Translations under genes and position numbers: made by a program
The notes under the pieces: generated by a model
Seen by the model: only the letters and a program-made list of their open reading frames with translations
Told to the model about the DNA's origin: nothing
Database searches by the model: none
Part shown: positions 40,188 to 48,794 of the stretch, in pieces
Position numbering within the stretch: the stretch's first letter is position 1
Layout of the letters: each line of letters opens with the position of its first letter
From: a virus
Taxonomy: Duplodnaviria > Caudoviricetes
Strand: one strand, 5' to 3'
Virus record (IMG/VR): IMGVR_UViG_3300002053_000034
Coordinates: 566-64,565 of that record
Length of the DNA: 64,000 nucleotides

Positions 40188-42368
40188 CTATTCTATCTCA
40201 ATCCATGTCAAATCAGGATCAAATCGTATAGTATCTGATGCTATAGCAATGCCAACGGCTTGTACTATTGCTCCTGTATTCGCAGGTTGTGTACTAGATA
40301 AAGCACCATCTATTGTGGAAATATATATAATTGATCCCGGAGTCCAAGCCCATGTCGTTTTCCTAGCTATACCCTTCCACAATATTTTTTTATTACCAGT
40401 CCCTTCTTCTAAAGCTAGTGCGGTACACGGCATTCGAACAGTCCCACTGGCTGCCGTGGCCTCCTGCCAATGACCATTAGATTTCATATGCAATGGTGTG
40501 CCTATCCCGTTATCATTCCAATCCACCGCCATAGTAGATATCTCTCCACTCCACCCATAAGTATGTCCGGGCAACACACCGCCACTTGGAGCAGTATCTA
40601 ATACAATGCTGTGATTCCCTAAAACTAAATCGCCTCCTAATTCTGGAGAAGTATCGTCTATTACGGCAGTTAAATAATCTCCCCCCGGCAAACCCCCAGA
40701 TAATGTAGCATACCAATTCAAAAAATAATTATCTGAATCCATTTTTCCGGAGTAATTAACAGTAAATCCGTTTACAGTTTTATCTGTTATGGTAAATGCA
40801 TATTCCGATGCAAGTGCATCTACGGTATTTTCTAAACTGATAACCAAAGCATAATCAGAGCTATCAAAAGGAGAAACAAAATTAATTACGGTACTCGTAT
40901 CTCCAATACTTAAATCCTCTACGCCTGATTTATTTTGGCCAATTAATTGGTCTACCTCTGATTTTGTGTAATAATCGCTACTACCGCTAATGGTTATTTC
41001 ATTCTCAGCACTTCTGGTTACCGATACTCCATCAGAGCCATTAAAAAATAAGATTTCGCCGTTTCCTATTATATCCCATGGGGCACCATTTACACCAAAT
41101 TGCCACGCACTAGTTCCAACAACACTACCACTAATAGTGATGACATTCTCACTGCTCCTAGTCACAGTAGTAGAGCCAGCCCCGTTAAAATATAATATCT
41201 CGCCATCGCTTATAATATCCCACGGGACATTATTTACACCAAATTGCCATTCAGTAGCACCAGCGCCACCACTACCACTAATTGTTATCTCATTCTCAGC
41301 TGACCTAACTATATTTACATTACCAGTGCCATTAAAAAATAAAATTTCGCCGTTTCCTATTGTATCCCAAGGGGTACCATCTACCCCGAATGCCCAACTA
41401 CCTGTGCCTCCACTGACCGTAATCTCGTCCGAACCACCATCGTATGTAACCGTGGTAGTTCCAGCACCTACTATAGATGACCAAGCCGGGGCTGAATTCG
41501 GTCCAGTAGACGTCAACAATGTACCACCGGATCCGTTAGATAATTCTTTAACAGTTCCTACCCCATCAGAATAAAATACTTTCCAGGGGTTAGCATCCAG
41601 GTCCGTTATATAGCTGACAGTTGTGCCAGAGACAGTTATATATTCTAATCTATCAGTGAAAGCATTATAAGAAACTACCAAATGGTGTCCTATATTACTT
41701 TCATCTACACATTTTGTTCCTAATATACAGGGGAGATGCGAATTATCTACCGCATATTTTACACCAGAGGCTGTTGAAGTATAGATTCCATCACTTACAT
41801 TTTCCGCACATGTGACACACCCATCATCATCCGGATCATAAACTGATTTCCTCATATAGATATCTGGCGATAGGACACCGCTTGGTAATCCATCAGCACC
41901 AGATCTTTTGGAAGGAGATTGAGAACATTGAACTATTAAATCACCATCTTTGTCTGTTACACTGAAGGTTAACAGAGGAGTCACCGCGTCATCATCATAT
42001 AATATCCAATTATCGGTATCTCCATCAAAAAGTTCAAGCCGGTTAGTCTGAATCTTCCTAAGAAGAGTAGTTCGTATATCGACTATACCGACCGTAGATT
42101 CAATTGAGTCTAAAACCTCATTATATTCGCCACTAGAAGCGTAGCTATACCTCTCCACACCGGACAGGGTCACGCTGTCACAAATTATTGCATAATCTCT
42201 TTGCGGGTTATAAGCACTGAAATCGTAGCTATAAAAACCGTCGCCTTTATCAATCATTGGAGCGCCGCTTATAACTACTACGCCGGTATCAACATCACGT
42301 ATTTTTATTACTGGTGATAGCCCGGCAACTGGCTCCCCGTCGTGCGTGAAAGACGCCAGTATCCACAT
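40188..42368 (-). CDS. modular fibre/decoration protein, 726 aa
   Basis: Mosaic of modules shared with 35161, 38719, 62095 and 63005 products; three internal repeats. Confidence 0.65.
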   Translation of the reverse strand: MWILASFTHDGEPVAGLSPVIKIRDVDTGVVVISGAPMIDKGDGFYSYDFSAYNPQRDYAIICDSVTLSGVERYSYASSGEYNEVLDSIESTVGIVDIRTTLLRKIQTNRLELFDGDTDNWILYDDDAVTPLLTFSVTDKDGDLIVQCSQSPSKRSGADGLPSGVLSPDIYMRKSVYDPDDDGCVTCAENVSDGIYTSTASGVKYAVDNSHLPCILGTKCVDESNIGHHLVVSYNAFTDRLEYITVSGTTVSYITDLDANPWKVFYSDGVGTVKELSNGSGGTLLTSTGPNSAPAWSSIVGAGTTTVTYDGGSDEITVSGGTGSWAFGVDGTPWDTIGNGEILFFNGTGNVNIVRSAENEITISGSGGAGATEWQFGVNNVPWDIISDGEILYFNGAGSTTVTRSSENVITISGSVVGTSAWQFGVNGAPWDIIGNGEILFFNGSDGVSVTRSAENEITISGSSDYYTKSEVDQLIGQNKSGVEDLSIGDTSTVINFVSPFDSSDYALVISLENTVDALASEYAFTITDKTVNGFTVNYSGKMDSDNYFLNWYATLSGGLPGGDYLTAVIDDTSPELGGDLVLGNHSIVLDTAPSGGVLPGHTYGWSGEISTMAVDWNDNGIGTPLHMKSNGHWQEATAASGTVRMPCTALALEEGTGNKKILWKGIARKTTWAWTPGSIIYISTIDGALSSTQPANTGAIVQAVGIAIASDTIRFDPDLTWIEIE
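40980..41400 (-). repeat. three tandem ~47-aa coding repeats (WxFGVxxxPWDxIxxGEILxFNG...RSxENxITISG)
   Basis: Visible in protein and DNA (e.g. AAAAAT...ATTTCGCCGTTTCCTATT at ~41045-41070 and ~41335-41361). Confidence 0.85.
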
Positions 42369-42395
42369 ATTTGTAATCTTGCTCCGTGTACTATT

Positions 42396-43310
42396 TTAGT
42401 CTATTAATACACCTTCTAAACCTAACAGATTACTCTTCAAACACTCTTGCACTAGGGCATCAAGCTGCTTGCGAAGTCTAGATAATAAACGGTCTCTTTC
42501 TCTTAACCCAGGTGATGGATCATAAAGTGTTTGATCATCTCTTATGGTAGCCCCATCATCCACTAAATCTTCAGCGGTCATACTTTCCAATAAATCTATG
42601 GATGCTTGCAACATTAAGTGATCATCGGTTACACAATCACTAGGAACCAAAGGTGGAATCATCGCGTCGCCATATGCTTCATATATTTCTCTATCAGAAA
42701 ATTTAAATGTGTGATACCATACCTCCACATTCCCTGTACACCCACTAGTTAAAGCTTCCAACGTGCCACTAAAAGTTAGATATCTATATCCCTGAATTAT
42801 AGGATCTTCTAAAGTAGTGTATACCACATCATTTACGGAGATATGCACTGGCCATCCTTTTTCTTCTAAATCTAAGGTTTTACCATCCTCAAGAACGGAT
42901 GAACACAGTCCATCTGAGCATATATCACTGCCATCTATCCATAGTCGTTCTAGACCTTTAAAGTCGCCTATCAGTCTTCGTATCTTTCTAATTATTATTT
43001 CTTCGGCCGCTTCGAAATCGTATTCGGGCGGGTAGGTAACCACATGATACAAAGTAGGGGCTTCGCCTCGAGCCGCATTAGATAGCGAACTTTCGCTACC
43101 ATCTCCACTATTATAATATGAGGATCTATACCATGTATCCGGAGTACCATCTAAATGTAGATATGTATACTCCGAAACCCCTGCTTGTAAGGGAAGAGAA
43201 TCTAAAAATGTATAAGTACCATTTTCTGTGCTAGATGTGTAGATATAAATAGTATCATATAACAAAAGAACATTAGTTATATCTGCAACCTGAATAGTTA
43301 ACTGTATCAT
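42396..43310 (-). CDS. head-tail adaptor-like protein with N-terminal FN3-like domain
   Basis: N-terminal IYIYTS...YTY...WYRSSYYN...SES.LS (FN3-like); IRKIRRLIGD and FSDREI typical of adaptors; near capsid gene. Confidence 0.5.
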   Translation of the reverse strand: MIQLTIQVADITNVLLLYDTIYIYTSSTENGTYTFLDSLPLQAGVSEYTYLHLDGTPDTWYRSSYYNSGDGSESSLSNAARGEAPTLYHVVTYPPEYDFEAAEEIIIRKIRRLIGDFKGLERLWIDGSDICSDGLCSSVLEDGKTLDLEEKGWPVHISVNDVVYTTLEDPIIQGYRYLTFSGTLEALTSGCTGNVEVWYHTFKFSDREIYEAYGDAMIPPLVPSDCVTDDHLMLQASIDLLESMTAEDLVDDGATIRDDQTLYDPSPGLRERDRLLSRLRKQLDALVQECLKSNLLGLEGVLID

Positions 43311-43340
43311 AGCTGCCTCTTACACCTAAATTTATAAAAG

Positions 43341-43592
43341 TTATGAAACTGTAGTTTCTTCCCATGCCCTATAAGTGACGGTATAACTTATCGTATGATT
43401 AGCATAATTAGATCCAGAAATAGTTTGTGTCCATTTAGTACCGCGCCATATCTCTTCTACCTGCAATAACTCATCAGCGTTGTTATAAGACATAATAATA
43501 TCTGGGTTAAATTCTTGCCGTCCACTATTAACAGTACTATAAAATTTAGGTGACCTTAAATTTCTGTCATAATTTTGTGGTACCAAAGCCAT
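43341..43592 (-). CDS. hypothetical virion protein, 83 aa
   Basis: AGGAGG SD. Confidence 0.55.
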   Translation of the reverse strand: MALVPQNYDRNLRSPKFYSTVNSGRQEFNPDIIMSYNNADELLQVEEIWRGTKWTQTISGSNYANHTISYTVTYRAWEETTVS

Positions 43593-43597
43593 TTGGA

Positions 43598-44053
43598 TTA
43601 CCTCCTAGTGAGCTCCAATTCCTGAATGCGCTTTCGCAGCATAAGACAAAGTGTATCTTTATGAGCTAGTTGTCTAGCTTCTGTTAAGGCGTATTTCAAT
43701 AAATCCAAATCAGTAATTTTTTTAAGGTCCTCTCTAGCTTTTCTAACTGGCATCGTTACAACATCTTTTACAGTAATTTCCTTTTTTACCCAAGGTGTGG
43801 TTAGATCAGCGGGGACTTTTTCCTTTTCTGTTGATTTTTCTGGCTCTTTTTCACTGAATATTATTTCCCATACATTATGGTCTTTCAGCTTAACATTTCT
43901 AAGCCACTCTACAAAAGGCTGGCCTTTTTCAATACCATGTTTTACACCGTACTGCTCATAAATGTCATCAAGATCTACCTGATGGCCTGGGCCAATAGAT
44001 CTTTTCATGGCATGCCGCCATGTAGCCGTTTTATTTTTTACATATCCATACAT
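43598..44053 (-). CDS. hypothetical protein, 151 aa
   Basis: GAGG/AAGG SD; follows capsid region. Confidence 0.6.
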   Translation of the reverse strand: MYGYVKNKTATWRHAMKRSIGPGHQVDLDDIYEQYGVKHGIEKGQPFVEWLRNVKLKDHNVWEIIFSEKEPEKSTEKEKVPADLTTPWVKKEITVKDVVTMPVRKAREDLKKITDLDLLKYALTEARQLAHKDTLCLMLRKRIQELELTRR

Positions 44054-44074
44054 ACCTTGTCCTCCTCTATTTCA

Positions 44075-44410
44075 TTATCCCTTGTCCAAATCTATATGAT
44101 TCGAATCAATCCTGTCTATAATGAAATGTAATATATTCGATAATCTATGTAATACTATGCCCATAAAAAACAACGCCAGTATCTGTGGCAGTAGGTTGTT
44201 TATATATAAAACTAGCATTGCTATGCAAAATAAGCTCACCCATACTGACGTGCAATAGGGACATTCTAGCAAGTCATTAAAAAACCTCAATATTCTATTA
44301 TTCCTCTTTAATAAATAATTCCGTAACGGATCGAATATAGTAGACTTACTAAGCAAACCCGTCACAGCTTCAATCAATATGATTGTAGCTAATATTTCTA
44401 ACAAAATCAT
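44075..44410 (-). CDS. DUF1360-like membrane protein
   Basis: Hydrophobic helices with FDPLR and LLECPYCTSVW motifs; ATG at 44410 has a GGAG SD (the track uses TTG at 44422). Confidence 0.65.
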   Translation of the reverse strand: MILLEILATIILIEAVTGLLSKSTIFDPLRNYLLKRNNRILRFFNDLLECPYCTSVWVSLFCIAMLVLYINNLLPQILALFFMGIVLHRLSNILHFIIDRIDSNHIDLDKG

Positions 44411-44429
44411 GTCCTTCTCCAAGTTGTGA

Positions 44430-44458
44430 GACGTGCCCGCCTTTTAGACGAGCACGCC
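44430..44458 (-). terminator. 12-bp stem-loop after the major capsid gene (no U-tract)
   Basis: - strand GGCGTGCTCGTC-TAAAA-GGCGGGCACGTC, with G-U pairs. Confidence 0.5.
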
Positions 44459-44473
44459 ATATATTAACCTAAA

Positions 44474-45544
44474 TTATAGAGACCTGTCTATAACTCCTAT
44501 ACCTAACATGCGAGGATCTAGACATGCGAACCCAATTTCTTCCCAACCGAAGAAGCCAGCTTTTTGGCGTCTAAGTAGGGTGGGATCATCATATGCCTCA
44601 TAATCCTTGCGAATAGGCATCACAAGAGAATCATTAACACTGAGATCAAAACCAATGACCTGAGTTTCTCCCAATGTGCTTACAGTACCATCAGCTGCTG
44701 TAACATTAGGATTATCCAGCGTGTAGTTATTATACTGTTCACTGCCGTCGGCAATAAACTTACCATAAGCTGAAGAATTACCATTAATGTTATACAAACC
44801 AGTGGCACCAAGATGCTGAATTTCGTGAAGTGTAACGTTCCAAATGCTACCCATACCAGCAGCCTGGAAGATTTCTCTTCTAGTCACTGGATCGATATCA
44901 GTGTCGGTCCACTCACGGGTGTCAGCCGCATCTTCGGGTGCAACATAAAGATCGGTTAATGTTCTTCCGATTCTCTTGAAACCAACTATCATTTTATTGA
45001 TAAGTTCTTTTGAAAGATAACCAGCACCAGTAGATGCAGGATTAATCTCATAGATAGGAGCTGGACGGGAACCAAGCAATCCCTTTCCAAAGAAGTTGGA
45101 AGTAGCTGCAGGGAGAATAACCCTCCAACCACACTCTTCTTCATAATCAGAAATAGCTTTCGCGGCTTTTTCAGCAGCGCGAGCTGCAATGTCCACTCTT
45201 GAATCACGAGCATACGTCAACTTCCAATCACCTGAAGCATCGATTGTAAAAGTTGGTACATATACCTCTTCGCCGATACCTTCAATGAAGTTCTGAGCAA
45301 CGTAACCTAGGCCAGGCAGTACCCATACAGGAATTTCAAAATCTTCCGCAACCGGATAGCTTGCCTGTGCTCCGGGGCCCAATCTTTCGACAGCAAAAAG
45401 CTCTCTCATGATTGATTCGCGCTCAATAGCTTGGAGGATCGGAGTAGTTAGTGCCTGAGCAAATTCTCTATTTGATGCCAAGCCTTCCCTGGTATTAATA
45501 TCCGCAGTAGCTCGAAAAAGTTTTTGCATTTCTTTTCTATCCAT
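44474..45544 (-). CDS. major capsid protein (HK97 fold), 356 aa
   Basis: Position after protease, scaffold and decoration genes; C-terminal GFFGWEEIGFACLDP pattern; strong SD and downstream hairpin. Confidence 0.85.
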   Translation of the reverse strand: MDRKEMQKLFRATADINTREGLASNREFAQALTTPILQAIERESIMRELFAVERLGPGAQASYPVAEDFEIPVWVLPGLGYVAQNFIEGIGEEVYVPTFTIDASGDWKLTYARDSRVDIAARAAEKAAKAISDYEEECGWRVILPAATSNFFGKGLLGSRPAPIYEINPASTGAGYLSKELINKMIVGFKRIGRTLTDLYVAPEDAADTREWTDTDIDPVTRREIFQAAGMGSIWNVTLHEIQHLGATGLYNINGNSSAYGKFIADGSEQYNNYTLDNPNVTAADGTVSTLGETQVIGFDLSVNDSLVMPIRKDYEAYDDPTLLRRQKAGFFGWEEIGFACLDPRMLGIGVIDRSL

Positions 45545-45613
45545 AATCTAACTATCCTCCACAAAGTAATTTTGGATGCACTAGGCGTGCTTTAATCCAC
45601 AAAACTTTAAATA

Positions 45614-46201
45614 TTAATACAGTAATTTTACCCTAATAGGATAAAGTACCGTGTTGTTGTTATTAGCCGTGACCTGTGCGGCACTTGCTCCCTTAATAAC
45701 AACGGCTACCACACCACTAGAACTATCATTGGGTGTAGTTTGGGTATTCTGGGTGGCACCCGAATCACAGAGTTCGGAAAGAGAACTCTGGCGCACAAAC
45801 ATATTGGTGCCAGCGGCTAATGCACCACTTCCATAATAATGTATGGTATCCCAAATACCTAAGTGAGCAATACCAACAGGAGCGGGCTTATGGCCCTCTA
45901 TCACTCCATTAGCATTATAGCTAGGCTGTGCAATAACATCTGAAGATCCGAGATCTCCAGGCAACGTCTGCCCAGCTGGGTGAATTGAATGATAACCTTC
46001 TTTTACTTTCTGCATCAAAAATCCAAAAATTGGCTTATCCTCATTAGCCACATAGATTTTTACTGTAGCGTCGTTCTGGCTATCATCCAAATAGCAAGCC
46101 GATCCCGCATATGCTATAACTCCTCCAGCACCTGCGTGCGCTGACCCTGAGGCCAACTGACAGAACTGGTTTTCTACAACAGGATGTCTGGGAATAAACA
46201 T
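45614..46201 (-). CDS. capsid decoration/cement-like protein, 195 aa
   Basis: Between scaffold and capsid genes; small G/A-rich beta protein. Confidence 0.55.
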   Translation of the reverse strand: MFIPRHPVVENQFCQLASGSAHAGAGGVIAYAGSACYLDDSQNDATVKIYVANEDKPIFGFLMQKVKEGYHSIHPAGQTLPGDLGSSDVIAQPSYNANGVIEGHKPAPVGIAHLGIWDTIHYYGSGALAAGTNMFVRQSSLSELCDSGATQNTQTTPNDSSSGVVAVVIKGASAAQVTANNNNTVLYPIRVKLLY

Positions 46202-46237
46202 AACGACAACTCCTCCTTATACAAATTTTAATAAAGA

Positions 46238-47056
46238 TTACTCACCTTTTTTAAATCTCTTAGCTAATTCTTCGCCTAATTCTTTATACTTAGCGCGCAT
46301 GCTCTTACTAGGGGTAATCTCCATATTTAACATAGCAGCGACAGCTTTCATAGGCTCAATAGATTGTGTAGAATCCGCAGCATCCTCCTCATCTTCAGAC
46401 GCAGCTTCTTCCTCTGATTCTTCTTCAGAATTGGCTTCGGCATCTTCTTGAGATGCTTCTTCTTCCGATTCGCTCGAATCTACTTGTCCCTCTTCGGCTC
46501 CGGCTTCTTCCGTGCTAGACTCTTCTAGCTTGGCGATGATAGATTTACGAAGTTCTACTCTTTCTTCTTTATAAATCTCGAATGCCTCATCGTCCATCTC
46601 TCGAATCTTGGCAATCTGGTCTTCGACAGCTTTTCCGCTAGTCGCTTCTACACCCGCTTCCTTTAAATCCTCAAATCTAGCCTGAGCAAGCTGATCCTTT
46701 TTTATATTCTCAAGCTCAGTCCTAACTTCTTCTGCTTGTTTTACTAGCTCTTCTTTCTCAGCTTCAAAGTCAGATTTTTCTTTCTCAAGATTCTGCTTAT
46801 CGGTTTCAAGCTCTTTTACCTTATCGGAAAGATCGGCAACAGCAGATTCCAATTCTTCCACCTTCAATTCCCAGTCACTGATTTCATTGTCTTTTGCCTC
46901 TAAAGACGCTGTCAGCTCACTGATTTTATCGGCAGATTTAGTAAGCGCTTTTTCAATTTCCTTCCTCATAGCGACTTCCTCTTTCTGCTGTAGCATCTCT
47001 TCAACAATAAGTTTAACATCTTGAGTAATACCATCTTGAGTCACTTTCTCAGTCAT
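46238..47056 (-). CDS. scaffolding-like coiled-coil protein, 272 aa
   Basis: Long heptad E/K-rich coil plus acidic disordered tract; head module position. Confidence 0.65.
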   Translation of the reverse strand: MTEKVTQDGITQDVKLIVEEMLQQKEEVAMRKEIEKALTKSADKISELTASLEAKDNEISDWELKVEELESAVADLSDKVKELETDKQNLEKEKSDFEAEKEELVKQAEEVRTELENIKKDQLAQARFEDLKEAGVEATSGKAVEDQIAKIREMDDEAFEIYKEERVELRKSIIAKLEESSTEEAGAEEGQVDSSESEEEASQEDAEANSEEESEEEAASEDEEDAADSTQSIEPMKAVAAMLNMEITPSKSMRAKYKELGEELAKRFKKGE

Positions 47057-47152
47057 GAAGCTAAACCTCCTTAAAATAGTCTAATAATTAGCACCAACCT
47101 CTTAATGCCATCAAATTCTCCATGTCCGTGTCCTAATCCATATCTATATACA
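47057..47152 (-). promoter_or_regulatory. GGA-rich leader of the scaffold gene, similar to the tail-gene leader
   Basis: ATGGATTAGGACACGGACATGGAG; identical 15-mer ACTATTTTAAGGAGG at 47066-47080 and 32779-32793. Confidence 0.5.
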
Positions 47153-47584
47153 TTAAGCATTACTCAATGTAACAGACGAATCTTTCCAAAAAACTTGGTT
47201 AGTATGCGTGCTAAGGAAATTATAGCCTACACCTAACATTATGATTACATCAAAATCACTGTCATCACCAGCGGCTCCGGTCGACACTAGTTTAACAACG
47301 TTATTAGTAGTGTCCTTATCAAAATATACACTAAGAACGGCGCCATCGGCTGACAATGCGGTCGCTTGAAGGATACCTTCAGCAACGTCCATTCCATTAA
47401 ATGATACACCGCTGGATACCACTATCTCTGTGGTACCGGATGCCAAAGTAACTGTGGTTCCCCATATAAAAGGAACTCTACGACCATTACCCAAGTTGCG
47501 ATACAATACAGCTTCAGCATCAGCGGCATTGACTCTAACAAGTTTGGGTATGCTTCTTCCTCTTGGATTTGCTGCTTGTGGCAT
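47153..47584 (-). CDS. putative head-associated protein, 143 aa
   Basis: AGGAGG SD; in the head module. Confidence 0.55.
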   Translation of the reverse strand: MPQAANPRGRSIPKLVRVNAADAEAVLYRNLGNGRRVPFIWGTTVTLASGTTEIVVSSGVSFNGMDVAEGILQATALSADGAVLSVYFDKDTTNNVVKLVSTGAAGDDSDFDVIIMLGVGYNFLSTHTNQVFWKDSSVTLSNA

Positions 47585-47608
47585 GAGCGATCTCCTCCTT
47601 ATTTAGTT

Positions 47609-48724
47609 TTAACTACCCAACAAGTTTTGCAACTTTGCTAATAGATTGCCTCGATTATCTCTAGCTTCCAAGTCTGCTAACTTGTGTTTAGTATAATCCC
47701 TTGTTTTTTCTATAATTTGTCTCCTAATACACTCTGGATGCTCCGCCCCTCTCGAAGGAGATGTACATCCAGTCTCGTAAAGAGCGCACCAATTTTCATG
47801 TATAATTTCTCCGCCTGGTACGTCAGATTTAGAATTAACTACCCTTTTTTTATAATTAACGCATACACCAGGGCTTGTTTGCGTGCGAGTATCATTAACA
47901 TTAATCCCCCCCGGATCAGCAGCGGGTGAGTTAAATTCTATGGTTGTTCCCTTATCTTTCATAATTTTGGTCTCCCCTTCTTGAGGTTCTAATTCTATTA
48001 CTATTTCCTCTCCATCATATGCGACTTTCAAATTCTTTTTAGCCGTTTCCAAAATTACAGATCTGGGATTAGCAGGATTTTTAACTAAACCACATCCTGA
48101 GAATAATAAATTACGAAGAACCCTAGCAATCTCCCCTTTGGCAATTTCCTTTCCCTTTCTCAATATTCTAGCTGCTTTTCCCAGCACACTGTCCGAAGCC
48201 AGCCCTAAAGCCTCTGCTTCTTTTCTAGACATAATTAAATCACCTATTTTGACATCAAAATCTTGAAAATAAGTTTCCATGGATAATTTCCACTTATTGC
48301 CCTTAACCTCTTTGGCAAGCTCTGGAAATCTACTTTTGTACAAAATGCCCGCAATCATAACATCTATATCCATCTTATCCAATTCTTCCAGGCTTAAATC
48401 TTGTAATTCAGATATATCTAGTTTATTCCCGGCGCGATCTATAAAGGCGCTTGAATATATATGCCCAACAATATCTGTTTCACTATGTTCAATATCCAAC
48501 GCTTTGTTATTGATTGTATTATGTGACTTAACCAGTTCGGAAGGTAAAAAATATGCTTTATTTAAATTTTGCCCAGACGAAACGAAAATGCCCGAAAAAA
48601 ATAGCATATCAGGAGTTTTATTCTCTGGAAAATGTATTATCGAAGCTACTTCCTTTTTGAGCTCCTCAGTGCTCTCACATAAATCTATGCGAGCCTCAAG
48701 TGTTACCGGATCATATTTTTTCAC
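47609..48724 (-). CDS. prohead (maturation) protease
   Basis: NLNKAYF, LDIEH, IVGHI, LSMETYF and FSGCGLVKNPANPRS match the HK97/assemblin-type protease pattern; follows portal. Confidence 0.75.
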   Translation of the reverse strand: MKKYDPVTLEARIDLCESTEELKKEVASIIHFPENKTPDMLFFSGIFVSSGQNLNKAYFLPSELVKSHNTINNKALDIEHSETDIVGHIYSSAFIDRAGNKLDISELQDLSLEELDKMDIDVMIAGILYKSRFPELAKEVKGNKWKLSMETYFQDFDVKIGDLIMSRKEAEALGLASDSVLGKAARILRKGKEIAKGEIARVLRNLLFSGCGLVKNPANPRSVILETAKKNLKVAYDGEEIVIELEPQEGETKIMKDKGTTIEFNSPAADPGGINVNDTRTQTSPGVCVNYKKRVVNSKSDVPGGEIIHENWCALYETGCTSPSRGAEHPECIRRQIIEKTRDYTKHKLADLEARDNRGNLLAKLQNLLGS

Positions 48725-48794
48725 GGCAAACTCCTCCTCTAAAAATGATAGTGCCTCTATTATAATATGGTTAGATAAATACTCGCCACCATTA

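Noticed and set aside
35161-42368. Diversity-generating retroelement behind the repeated fibre segments
   Set aside because: No reverse transcriptase in the window; the copies are diverged in-frame paralogs rather than a near-identical template/variable pair.
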